This document shows positions 48,310-61,392 of a DNA stretch of 64,000 nt, piece after piece. The translations under genes were made by a program, and so were the position numbers. The number at the start of each line of letters is the position of its first letter. The first letter of the stretch is position 1. This DNA comes from Orbicella franksi (taxonomy: Eukaryota), in assembly GCA_964199315.1 (NCBI GenBank), contig OZ116705.1, positions 9,300,001 through 9,364,000 on the forward strand, given 5' to 3'. The notes beneath the pieces are model-generated. The model saw only the letters and a list, made by a program, of their open reading frames with translations, made no database searches and was not told the DNA's origin.

Positions 48310-49760
48310 AAACGAAATAAATAAATGTTTCATTGTACATATACTGTGTATGTTTTCCTATCTATCCTTGTATTCATGGTTTTCCTTATCTGACTTGTGG
48401 ACAGCCTCACGGCTTCAGATCACACAGGCAGATAGATCGTCTGCTCGAATTTTCCCACCTGGTCCCCCTCTTCATACTGAGACGCACAATTTGTCAGAAG
48501 TTCGCCATTATACACCCAGACAGATAATTCATCTTAAGACGTGCTATAGCCAGATGCCCTTTGCGGCATGTAGAGAACATCATCTGTTCTTCTACGGAGT
48601 TTTATTATAACTCTTCGCACGTTCCATCACGAATGTCGTTCTCAGATCGGCTACGCTACTCACTCTCTATTCTGTTGTAGATAGTGAGTAACCAAGCAGT
48701 GAGAGGTTAACAAAACTGCGGCAGTTTCTTTGCGTTTTCAAAGTTTCCGTGAAGAGGATTTAGATAAAGTTTTAAGCGAGAAGTAGATTTGACAATTCGA
48801 TTATTCGTTCTCGATTTCCATGCATGATAGTTGACCTGTGTTGGGCTGCGCCCTCGTGAACTATCACGCGATAGAAATCTCGGGCTCCTAATTTAATTGT
48901 TTAATAGAAACACAAGTAGGAGTTTGGGAGAACAAGAAAATACTGTTGGAACATGAGCCACACGCAGGTGTTTCCACAGCTATTTTTAGTTATCCGGCCA
49001 GGAACTTCTACGAGTATTTCTGTAAATCCACGAATTTTGCCTTCACTACACAAACGAACACACTCAAAGGTTGAGGCATGGGCGCGTTGGTCAGCCAGGC
49101 ACAAGGTATGTTTTATTTGCGACAATAAGCTTACAACAAAGTGGATAAGAGATACATCAAGTAACGTCCTACATGCGCCAAAGCCGGACACGTAATTCCC
49201 AAAAACCTCTTGTTAGGAAAACATAGGGACCTTGTACCCCCGACCAAATGCAGTGGCGCCACCTTTGGGGTTTTAGTTGGGCTATAAACAATAGAATGAA
49301 AAAAAACAAATCATATGACGCTAATTGCACAATAAAAACAAACCTTATGGGAAAGTGCTAGTGGCTAGGCTGACCGTAGAATGTCACAAGTTTCTCAACC
49401 GTCTCTTTTTACAAACGTACTACCCATGAGCCTTCGCGTACTACGCTCGCACCCAGTTTTCCGTTCCGTGTCGGCAAAATATTAATTTATGTCAATAACG
49501 ATTATCACAAATTACATTATACAGAAACATGGAAAACGTATTTTTCTGGCTCGGCAGGGGTCAACTTAGGCTCGATTTCCAGCCGTTTAAGGAGTCCGGT
49601 TGTTTATCCGATAGGAACGCGGGCGCAAGAAATCGAATCAACTATCACCTCATAAAAGTTTCGAGTTCATAACCAATTGTTAAATAGAAGTCCGACTTTT
49701 TCTTTTTCTTATTACAAGGCGATGATTAAACACTCAACATTTGTCCAAGTTCGTCTCTAG

Positions 49761-49768
49761 TATAAAAG
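49761..49768 (+). promoter_or_regulatory. Putative TATA box of the uncharacterised membrane-protein gene
   Basis: TATAAAAG about 440 bp upstream of ATG 50209; possible 5' UTR intron acceptor near 50105. Confidence 0.4.
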
Positions 49769-50208
49769 CGAGCATTGATATAGGAGGACAACCCTTATAA
49801 CAGAGTGAAAACAAAGCAAGATGATCAATTTCTAATTTCTCCCTATAAAGCCAATACACCGCTAAGCAAACGAGTAATAAGAATAAAGATAATCATCAGC
49901 TTCTTATATTACACCGAAAAAAACAACACCAACAGAAATTGTGCGTATTAATGTCAATTGAAAGAATTACTGTCTCAAGCATGAGGCTATTTCTGCTTTC
50001 CGTGTTCAGAATTGTAAAACTTCTCTTTGTTTCTCCGGTTTGTTTTAGTATTGCTCAACACGTGTCACGTGCTACTCAAGCTATTGTTGTTATAGATTCA
50101 CACAGCTAAAAAACAACTTTTTGAGACCACCAGCTTTTATGCATGAATAATTTATTCATTAGCGAGGAAAAGTGTAATCTCATTGACCGTTCTTTTCGAT
50201 ATTCCAAA

Positions 50209-53200
50209 ATGAATCCGTCCGAAGCTAATGTGTTTAGTTCGGGCATCTCGGGTTGTCTGTCTTCGAAAAAGCGCAAGGATGTCTCTTATAGCAGACTCAA
50301 CCAAACGGAAGACGATTCTGTAGAATTTTCCAACGTTCACTTTCCGAAAGATCGCACGTCCCTTTGCGCCAAGCTCTGCTTTAGTTTGTTGGCTTTGATC
50401 TTGTTATTCGCCACTGTGGCCACGGCCGTGTTTATGATGAACTTGAAGAATTTCACGGTGGAAGTTCAATTGGAGAAAGGCAACGTACGGGTGTATAGTT
50501 TTGACCAGGAGATGACGGCAATCACTGGCAACGAGATCACCACAAGAAATACGTCCATTGTTGTCTCTATGCATGTGATTAACAGAACTGAAAGCCATTG
50601 TTGGTTTGGGATAGTTTTGAACTTTCCAGAGGACGCAAAAACTAGTCTTAAATCCAAAGATTACGTTTTTCTTACCCACGTTAGAAGCGCAGAACTTGGT
50701 TACTTTCAAGACGCTCTTCAAAACCATTTTAAAGTTTTTGGAAACCGTAAAACCAGCCACGAGCTTTCATTCTACGTTCATAACGTCTTACACCAACTTC
50801 TTCCCACTATCAAAGTCAAACTCTACGAATTTGTGCTGAGTAAAGTTTCGAGCTCTTCTAGAAAAACTGTGGTGGAAAAACATGGATTTTTGCCTGGGCG
50901 TGTTCATGTTAAACAAACGATGATTACGAAACGTGATATGGTGACTGTCACAGCCCAGGCCGGGCAGGATGACTTCGAGAATTTTTCCAACCTCGAGAAA
51001 GGAAAGTCGACCGAGAAGGCGTCGTGGAAACTAACATACGACGAAACTACTGTTGTGAATAAGGAAACTGGAATGGTAAAAAGGAGTGACATGTCTCTAT
51101 CTTGCAACCTTCCAATCGGCGCTGATTTCACACCAGAGAGCAAATCCAGCCGTCTGGGATTAACTGTGAGATTTCGAAGCGTTGTGAAGTTGCTAGATAA
51201 GTCTCACGCTAAAGTCAAAACTTGGAAGAGTGCGTCACGAGAAGAGAAAGATATCAACTACCTACTCAATCTTCCTAGTGCAAAAGACTCCTCTCTGATG
51301 TATTTTGCGCCACCAAAACACAAATCTAACGAGAGGCTTGCAGAGGAATTAAAAGAGCTTATGAAACTGAGCAAAACCTCTGTTGGCAGATCAACGAAAC
51401 TTCCTTCAATGATAAAGATTATGCATCACAATATTCCAAAGTCGGTTACTGCGCAAAAGTCGGACGCAGATGACGATGATTACGCGAACTTTTATAGTGA
51501 GGACAGTGATGATGGTGACGATAATGATAATGATGATGAAAATGATAACGATGACGATAACAATGGACAATACTGGCCCCAGCCAGATTATGCACCGTTT
51601 GGTATCGGTTATGAAGTGAAACGAAGAAGGTCTGTAGAAACGAAGGGACCACAACACACTAAGAGAAAGAAAACTGTCAGAAATTCACAAATGGAAAAGA
51701 AAACGCCTGAACTGGATGTGATTTGGGATGAACTTGCTTCTTCATCCCCAATGCCCTTGCGCGAGGCTCCCCGTATTATACAGACATCCATCTTTGGGCT
51801 GGATTTCCGGGCGGAGATTGACTACCAGGTTGAAACTAACGACGAAGATGATAATGATGATGACAATGAAGATGATAACGGTGAAGATTGGTCAATAACT
51901 ACTAGTTATCGGGTCACATTTGGACAGTATCGCATGGCGCCATTCACACGAGTTCATACCTTGAAGAAGTTACGGAACAAGTTACCACTCCAAGGAGAAC
52001 GGAAGATCAGTCGGTCGACTATCAACGCTGGAGACTTCGTAAGTCAATACTTGACATGTACTCAGTCTCTTTTTATCCGGTTGGAGGCGATTTAGCTGCA
52101 AGATTAAACGGAGGCCCCATTAGGGCATCAAGCGGGAGGGTCTTATATCCCATTTCCCGTTAATTTTTGGCCTAAATAGCCGTATCTCGTAAATGTCGCT
52201 TACAAAAGCTATCAATTTTCCTACTCGATATCCCGGGAAATCTGTTCTGGAACATCCCTTATCCCATTAATTTTTCTCACATATATCTCTGTCCCTTTAA
52301 TTTTTCACCTAAATTAAATATCCCGTATTCCAAAAACCCCTGAAAGGGCCTCTACACGGCACTAGGAGGGTTCCGGGAAGGGACGCACTCCAGACCTCTA
52401 GCCTCGGTTCGATCAGGGTGCTTCGATCACCAATCGGAAAAAAGAAAACTGGGCACAAATCAAAATCGTCGTCATATTACACGAGGAGGTTAAGAGAATT
52501 TGAAATGCGAAGCTAGTACTAAGGAAATATAGATTATAGAGCAAATTTAACTGAGAATATAACCGCTGCATTTGAAAAAGGAGCTGATTTAAATTTACGA
52601 CTCCTTCACTTTGGGTGTCGCCTTGTTTTCCTTTTTGTTTCAGGTAATGTGCGCTCCCTTGTTCTATATCCAGCGACTGTGTGCAGCCATGCGTTTAACA
52701 TTTGATGTGACAGTCACCCGCAGTTTGCCCCGACTGTCCTTTTCATACCCTGTTGAGATGACTGTCCGTATCGGACAGGCAGTCACTACCAACGCCACTT
52801 TATTCGGGCATGCCTCCACGTGGTTCCATGAGAGTGGATTCTTCACAAAAGGTGATATTTGCTGTCAATATACGCCGTCAGTTCTAATTCAGAATAACCT
52901 TTTAACTCGTTGTTTCATCAAGTGTGCGGGTTTTAAAGAACTATGTTTTTCAGTAATTATTTCTTCATAACATCCGATTTGTTTGAAAGCTGATCAACAG
53001 TGGCCAACATTTTCCACTGCGATGCGTTCATATGAAAGATTAAACACCCTTCAGATTTTTTCTTCACATGCACACATACAATCTTAAAATTGTGGCATGT
53101 TCTGCGGAAAGCCGGCACGATTTTATTTATCCCGAGAATACCAATATTCATGGCTTCCGATATCTCGAGTCCATTTTTGTAACACTTCCATTCTTCCCTT

Positions 53201-53503
53201 GCAGGAACCGTTGCCATAGCAACCCTCCCAGTCAGACTGTCATTTAAAGAGGACACAACACCAGAATGGTGCATCAAGGGTAATCTTGAACAAAAGATGG
53301 TGCGGATAAACACCATACCGCTCTCGTCGTGGAACTGCTCGCTGGATACTACCAGGCTGTCTAACACTTGCAAGGGACTACCGGCTAAAAACACATCTTT
53401 GCTGACCTTTGATCTTCAATATAGTTCAGCTGAAGGCACAATGTTTGACAACTGGCACTACCCTATCGGTTGCACGCATCGAAAGGATTTCTCCGCATAC
53501 TGA
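50209..53503 (+). CDS. Uncharacterised type II single-pass membrane glycoprotein with Asp-rich blocks, about 778 aa (800 aa if started at 50143)
   Basis: Long ORF with donor TTC/GTAAGT after 52038. Exon 2 is 52644-52851 (tttcag acceptor) and exon 3 is 53205-53503 (cccttgcag acceptor); phases are consistent and the stop is TGA at 53501-53503. One hydrophobic segment (about 50374-50439) and several N-x-S/T sequons C-terminal to it. No family recognised. Confidence 0.85.
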
Positions 53504-53859
53504 TAATACGGATCTTTGGAAACTGAAATGCGTATGCTTACATGAAGCACTAGTCTAGTTCCCTCCCCCCTCGTGGGTCACACTCGTGGGGTAGACCATT
53601 TTGTTGTGCCGCTCGGGCGTATACGGTGCGACGCTCGGTGCACTAAAATAAGCTTGTTTTGCAGAGTCTGTTGTCAACCCGCCTGTCGTTGTAGAAACAT
53701 TTCAGAGACAAAGCCTTGCCTCAAGGCAGTTAAAAGATGGCTTTGGTCACATCTTATGAAAGACTGTATGGTGCGATTTGAGCATGCACCCAAGTGGACC
53801 ACCTGGAGCACTCGCCTCAGACTTCTCACTTCTTGATCCACCAAGAGAACTCCTTTCGG

Positions 53860-54214
53860 TGTCACAGTGATTTGGGTATCCCCGTGTTTTGGGTGCCCCC
53901 GTTTTTGGGTACCCCCGTCCCCCGTACCCCCGCAGTTAAACTGCGGACTCGGATCACACAGTCTGTTATAAATTGCGACTATTTTCAGCAACTTTATGTG
54001 TTTATATCAAGATTAAGAAAGTTTTAATTTATTGAGACAAACCTTCGTAAGAAAATAAATTGTTTTTCAACAGAATTATGAATGATTTCACTTGCCCCAA
54101 TCTGTGGTATATAACGCTTTCAGTGTTTTGGGTATCCCTGCTGGGGATACCCAAACCAGTAGGGATATGGGTACGGGGTACCCAAAATACGGGGTTACCC
54201 AAATCACTGTGACA
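53860..54214. mobile_element. MITE with TGTCA...TGACA termini and 4-bp TSD (Ginger-like)
   Basis: TGTCACAGTGATTTGGGTA...TACCCAAATCACTGTGACA; TCGG at 53856-53859 and 54215-54218. Confidence 0.75.
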
Positions 54215-55857
54215 TCGGCGCTTTGCGGCACGATGGAACTTTTAACATGTACAATAATGAGTTCTTTTCTTATGTAAAAATTTTACATGAGTTACATCGC
54301 CTGACTCGATGAAAGATTCAAGTGTTGTACTTCTAATCAATTTAAAAAAGAACTAACTTCGCATTTCATTAGTCTCTATTAATCTTTACTGATATTTTGA
54401 TGGTTTATATCTATTTATTTTGTTTTGTTTTGTATATTTACTCTTGTACCAAGTTTATGATATTTATGTGTACCAACGTCTTTGTTGTGTCTCTTTCCTG
54501 ACTCTCACATTTTTAATTATTATAATTACGGCCACCCAACTAGTTTAGCTTTTTAGTTATTTTGGGTGTCCCACTACTGTATGTACTGTACTGTTTATTT
54601 ATTTATTCGTAATTATAATCTTGTAAATTCTTTTAGTTGTTTACAGTAGTAGAAATAAAATAAATCTATTGTTGTTGCCTGGGTACGTGAACAGGCCACC
54701 GTGAAAGGCTTAATCCTGTTAATCTCGAAACCAGAGTACTCAAAACGAAAAAAAAGGTTGCGTTTCCTGATAGCCGGTATTGGAAAACACGGACATGTCG
54801 ATTCTACTGGCTTCGTACGGTTAATTTATCATTAAAGGAGGGATTTAGATAATCACATTTTCATACTTTATTTCATTTTCCGAAGCTTAGAAAGTGATTT
54901 TTTTATTGAATGACAGAACAAGTACGAAATAATTTGTATTTTGGGGGTATGAAAGTTTTTTTCAGTTATTTATGATTCACCAACACCCAACCCCCACCCC
55001 TCCCCACACCAAGTACCAACTGCCCGTCACAAGCTGTCATATATAGGGAAACCACCATATTCCTTCAAGAGCATTTAATCTCCAGAAATGAATATTTTTC
55101 AAGGGGTTTAATCAGACATACCAGGCAAATGGCACCTCCGAGGCAACCAAACAAAAGAGAACGCAGTTGAGAGATCAAAGGAGCTAAGACGGTGTTACGT
55201 CATGTCACGCTCCGATGCCCATATTTGTAATCACCAACTGAGAGATGCTTGAAGGCACTGAAAATATTTCCGTTTGCATCGGCCTTCTAGCAGAACAAAG
55301 CGTTTTATTTGGAAACCTTTTGTAGGAAATAGAATCAAACAACGTAGTCCAATATATGAGGATCGAGGGACTTAATTTCAGGGACAGAAAAGCTTATTAC
55401 GTGACTCTTGAAAACTGAACTGTGGGCGCGCAAATTCCAGCAGGTTTCATTCGACAAGCTTACTCGTGAAATCTCAACATGTTTGTGTACATTTGCGTCT
55501 TGTGTTGTTATAAGGTGAGCTAACAATATCATTCTGTTACAGTTGATAGAATTGATACTTTTAAAATACAAATGTGTTATAAATGTCATTTCCAAAATAA
55601 TTTCAGTTTTCCCACCAACTGTTTTTTCCCGCGTCGCGTTTATAGCCTGTTGTCTACAATTGATCGCGGAAGATTACGTTCGGTTCGTGTGATGTTGTCC
55701 CGTCTTTGTTTTAAGCCTTTAAATTAAATTCTGAGTGTCCATTGGTTGAGGTTGACGTGCATGTACCCCCGAGCAAACCTCCCTGCGTAAACAAACACAA
55801 ATTCTTAGCAGCATGAGTTGACAAATATTACGAAGACTTTTGCCCGAAGTGTGTGTG

Positions 55858-55930
55858 TATAAAAGGCTTCAATACGCCAAGCCGATCTCACGGAATCTCA
55901 ATATATTTTCATTGTACGTTCGTTAACCAG
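55858..55930 (+). promoter_or_regulatory. Putative SLCO core promoter and non-coding first exon
   Basis: TATAAAAG at 55858-55865, donor CAG/GTACTT at 55931, candidate acceptor CCTAG ending at 56048 before ATG 56074. Confidence 0.55.
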
Positions 55931-56073
55931 GTACTTCGTGTCATTCTTTTTTTTAGAAACGATTGACATGTTTACTCAAGAAGTGATCAGCGACGTTATA
56001 GTAAATAACTTGCTTGCGGACTTGCATGATTTAAGTTAACTCGCCTAGGCCTGATTGAAGAAGACTGTGAACA

Positions 56074-59000
56074 ATGGGCGAAAACACGGTGGCGGATGGA
56101 AATCTATCAAACCATCACAGATTAACCGACGACTTGGAAGCCGAAGAACAGCCTCCTTCTTGCGGACTGGTGTCTTGGAGGCCAAGCTTTCTTCAACGTT
56201 TTGCCAAGCCAAGGTGGTTTCTTCTGTTCCAGTGCTGGTTCGTGCTTGCGCAAGGCATGATCGTATCTGGGTTTCAGGGGGTTGTTATTTCTTCGCTTGA
56301 AAGACGTTTTTCGTTGAAGACTAACGAGCTTGGGGTTGTGGTGAGCTGCTATGACATTGCTGCTGCGATCATGGCTGTTTTAGTCAGCTACTACGGCCAT
56401 CATCACAAACCAAAATGGCTCGGTATCGGCGCATTTATCTTAGGAATTGGGTGCTTTTTATTTGCCCTTCCACATCTCCTTGTAGGCCCGTACGAGCCCG
56501 GTTCAAGTGCAACAAACCTTTGTTCCATAGATTCTCTTCCAACGAACTTAATATGCCGAAGTTCTGTTTGGTATCATATATTCGTTTTTGTACTGGCGGA
56601 GTTTTTTATTGGGGTCGGAGCAACCCCTGTGTATATTTTGGGTACGGCTTACATTGACGAAAATGTTCGCCACTCTACATCAGGAATGTTTCTTGGAATC
56701 ATGTATGCTATTGCCACGTTTGGACCCGCAGTAGGATTTTTGCTTGGAGGGGAATTTCTCAAGATTTATGTGGACATTGAACAGGTAAGTATTTTCATTT
56801 ACATGCGGATAAGACTTAGGTCTTGACACGGGCACTTCGTACTATCCCCCCGTAGGACCCATGCCCGCCGGGAACTGAGAACATTGTGTCTTGTCCGAGG
56901 AACGCCTCTACTGGCAGGATGTCAAACAAAAGTCCAGTGAACAAGATCATTTCACTCATAATTTGTGACCCTGTCATGCTGTAAAATTTGACAGCTAATG
57001 CAAAATGTGACAAAGTATAGCAACTTCTGTTGCAAAATGTAACATAACTTTAAAGTAAAACGTTACAACTTGACTTAAGGTGGCACAGAGTTTTTAATAC
57101 CGTGTTTTATTCATGTTTTTCCTTTGGTTGCCAAAAATGGCAAGACGCAAGTTAACAACACAAATATTAGTTTTTTGATGGTTTAGCTGACATATCTGCC
57201 ATTGCCATGGCAACATAGATAAATATAAACAGGCCTTTAAAATTGGTTTTGTTCATTTCAGAAAATCAGATTTTCTGAAATGAGCAAAACCAATTTTAAA
57301 TTCTAGTCATTAGATTTTCTTCATCATATGCATGTGTACGCATGTGTGTGACAACAAGATTGTAACAATGTTCACGTGTTAACCCTAGATTTTTAATTAT
57401 CCTTTGTTGAAGGATAACTGGAATATCTATAATTTCCTCTGTTTATATTCATTTTTTTTTTTGATACTCCATTTACTTATTCTTCAAAGCATTTTCTTGA
57501 CAAATTTCCTGAAATCCTAATGGGTGGTTCTTGAGAAATAGACATATTTTTTGAGAAAGGTATTCACAGCATTCAATCTCAATTTTTTTTTTTGACTAAC
57601 TATGCATGTGCTGCATTTAGCTGAGTTCTTTTAGTAACAAAGAAAAATCTGAGAATCGCTGGGCTCTTTGCATGCTTTTTACTGTTGAAGATGTTATTAG
57701 ACAGTCTAGACTTGAGAAAATTGCTTAATATGCAGTCTGCAGACTTAAATCCAGTCTAATCAACCAAGAATTTATAAGGTTAAGTTTCAAGACTGTAGTG
57801 TACATCTTCTGGCCTGGCCTGTGGGCAACAGGCCTTGCAATGGGTTGCAGGCCGTGGGCTACAAACCAGCTTTTAGTAAAGCGTTAAATTTATCATAGAC
57901 CGAGATCTTTTTGGAAGGGGAGGTATCTAAATCAGAGCTTTGTTACCCTGCTAAGGGTCATTACCCAGTCTTGCTCCCAAGTTCAAGTGCAACATGGCAC
58001 AAGATTTTACTTTTAGCCACGATAATTTAAAAGTAATCAATGATTATAACTACTGTCGCCACATCTTTTGTTTCAGCCCCAGGGCGTGGAACTCACACCA
58101 GAGGACTCGAACTTCATTGGCGCCTGGTGGCTGGGTTATGTGGTTGGTGGCACGTTATCTGTGTTGGTCAGCCTTCCATTGCTTGCATTTCCCAGGGAAC
58201 TTCCAGGAACTCCTGAAATCCGCGCTGAGAAACAAGCCTGTTCAGACACTGTTGAGGACCACAATATGCCACACACATTGAAACAGTTGCTTCCATCATT
58301 AAAGGCACTTCTCACAAACAAAACTTTTGTATTTTTGTCTCTTGCTGCCGCAGCTGAAGGTTTTGCTGTTGGGGGATTCTCGACGTTCATGCCAAAATTT
58401 GTGGAGGCACAGTTTCGTATTCCAGCTGGACTGGCGAGTACATATACTGGCCTGGTAGTGGTGCCTGGAGGGTGTGGCGGCATGTTGTTTGGTGGCTATC
58501 TTATTAAAAGAATGAACTGGACATGTGATAAAATAATCAAAGCTTGTTTCATCATTGCCTCGTTGGCGACATTATGGACTGCTGGGTTTTTTCTTGGTTG
58601 CCCTAACAGAGCATATGTGGGTGTCACAGATCCATACATTAACAGGTATTCAAAACTGGTTTACCAGACAGTCATTTGTCAAACAAAAGACTTGATTTAT
58701 AACGAAGTCACTTACCGTAAATCTTTGAATTAGCGCCTCCCCTCAAATAAGCGCCCCCTTCAAATAAGTGCCCCTCTTATTGGCCAGAATTTAAAATAAG
58801 CACCTCCCCTGGAATAAGCACCCCCTCCACTCCACCCATTAAATGGAAGAGTACTGTTCAATCACAAGCAAGTGACCATCAACTCATTCAAGCATTGTGC
58901 ATTGACCATCACAACAGATGGTAGTGATGATCTGCTGATTCATTGCCTAAAGTCCAACCAACCTTGTGCAGCAGGCCTAGATTGGCTAAATGGGTTATAT

Positions 59001-61354
59001 TATGTAGTTCTTCAAGAGAGACAAGATCCTTCTGAGACTTCAGAGGAACGGACACATATGTATATTGCAAAAAACCCGATCATATCATATCTAGCTAAGT
59101 GCCTCCCTTGAATAAGCTTGCCCCGTCTTCTCTTAAATTTGAAATGAGCGCCCCGGGTGCTAATTCACATATTTACGGCAATCTTTTTTACAGACTCAGG
59201 AAGTTGATCAAATACAGTAGAACCTGATTTTTCAAACCTCCAGGTGAAATGAAAGTTGGTTTAAAAACAGGGTAGTTTGGAAAGGGGTAAACTTAGACAG
59301 AAACTGAACTGAAATCTAACCCTTCACCCCACTGCCCCCTTTGACTAAATAGGCCAAAACTTCAGTCTGGGCTGAAATTCACCATGTAATCACCCCCTAA
59401 CTAAAAGTTTGTAAAACATAAAATAGAGAAAGAAGCCTTAAAATGCCAAAATAATAACTTAAAGTGGATGGAACTCTATTGTCTCAATTTACAAACAAAA
59501 AATCTGTCGACTTAAAAAAAATGGATTTGCTGGGAAATAACTAAGGTACAATTTGGTTATCAGAGATTGCCACAAGCAGTCATAAAGAATGTACCTTTTC
59601 AGGTGTTGGTTGATGTCATTTCTCTTATTTCTAGTTCTAGTTCATCACTTGTCAACATTACTTCATCTTGTAATGCCATGTGTAACTGCGACGTCAAATA
59701 CTATTCACCAGTTTGTTCCAAAGAAGATCAGCTAACGTTCTACTCTCCCTGTTATGCGGGTTGCTCTGCAGATGATGTACTGGGTGACAAAGTAAGGGTA
59801 TTAATTTTTTGTTATTTTGGTATGATTTAATATTTTTTATTAAATTATTTAATCCTTCAAAGTTTGTTACATGTAGATATATATTCAATAATAGCCTCCA
59901 TTTGGCACAGAAATATGCTTGGATATTTGTCCACAAACATTGTTTGTTCCGAGAAGTGATCAGTTTTCTGAGAGCATAGCTCGAGGAAAACTGTAAACTT
60001 TGATTTAGATTCTGACAATATTTTAGCTTTTTGATGCAAGCGTGATAAAAATCTGTCCTGTCCTCAAATATCAATGCATTGCCAACTAGACAGGTGTTGA
60101 GAATAACAATTTCAATGGGGGACTGTTCAGGACAACTGAGATTCCTCTTGTTTAGATTATTTATAAATTGAATCTGGTAATAATCAGGCAATAAAAATGG
60201 GTAAAGGCAAGTAGATAAAGAGTCATTCTTATTGAAACCCCATGTCCCTTCTGTGTGAAGGGACATGTAAATATAAAATGTTTATAAGTTTTTATTCCAC
60301 AGCTTTATCAAAACTGCAGCTGTTTTGCGACCCTATCAAATGAAGGAGTTCAAGGTAGCGGCTGTGAACCAGAGTGTAATGCTCTTATTCCTTTCCTGAT
60401 CTGCTTGTTGTGTCTCATGATTTTTACATTTTCTAACAACATCCCTGCAACCACAGCAACACTAAGGTAATTGCTATGTACAATTTTATTGGGCTATATT
60501 GATTTCATTTATAATTTAATTGTTATTAACACTATTAGAGTAACTTCATATTGTTACTGATAGCTGATGTTCAGTAGGGGCATGGTGGTATATATGGTGA
60601 TTACTAAGTTACACTGCACTCTGAATCTTAACAGTTGTTCTGAACTATTTGAATGAAGAATTTGGAACTTCAAGATGGTGGACATTTTGAAAATTATGCG
60701 GGACAATAAATTTTTGTGTTCAGAGACATGCGCCATGTTTGATATGAGATCATGCATTGATCACTGCTTAAAAATAAACAAGTTTGGATGCTTTACACAC
60801 CATATACGATTTGATTACAATAATTAATTTAATTAATTAATTTAATTTCATAATTATTATGCAAATGTTTTTAAACTTACCAGGGGGTACAAAAGTACCC
60901 TTTCCCCCTGCTAGGCTCATGAAGAAAAAAAGGCCAAGATAAATGGGGTTGATAATCAATAATAATTAAATCAAATAATAAATTATATATATTTGAATAA
61001 TTCCTTTTGCTGTTAGGTGTGTTCCCGAGAGTCAAGGGTCTTTTGCGCTTGGTATTAACCAGCTGATTGTTCGTATTTTGGCGTTCATACCGTCACCAAT
61101 CATCTTTGGATATGTAATTGACGCAGCGTGTCGCTTACACCAAATGGATCCTTGTGACGAGGGAGCGGAGAGGAATTGTCTGGAATATGACACTGATTTG
61201 TTCAGGTAAATCAGTCGTTCCTAAACATCTTGTATTATACACTGAATATATATGGGTTATTGATCAAGTGTGAGGTCAAGATGGCTGGATATTGGCCAAG
61301 TTCTTTTTTTTGCGAGTTTATGGACCGAGACGGAGTCGAGGTCCATAAACTCGC

Positions 61355-61392
<38 letters not shown>

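Noticed and set aside
48242-48610. 122-aa ORF overlapping the RPL34 last exon
   Set aside because: Alternative frame of the RPL34 exon running into the 3' UTR; no independent splice or start support.
53573-54027. ORFs of 77-105 aa after the orphan gene
   Set aside because: They run through a MITE; removing the insert gave no recognisable protein in any frame I translated.
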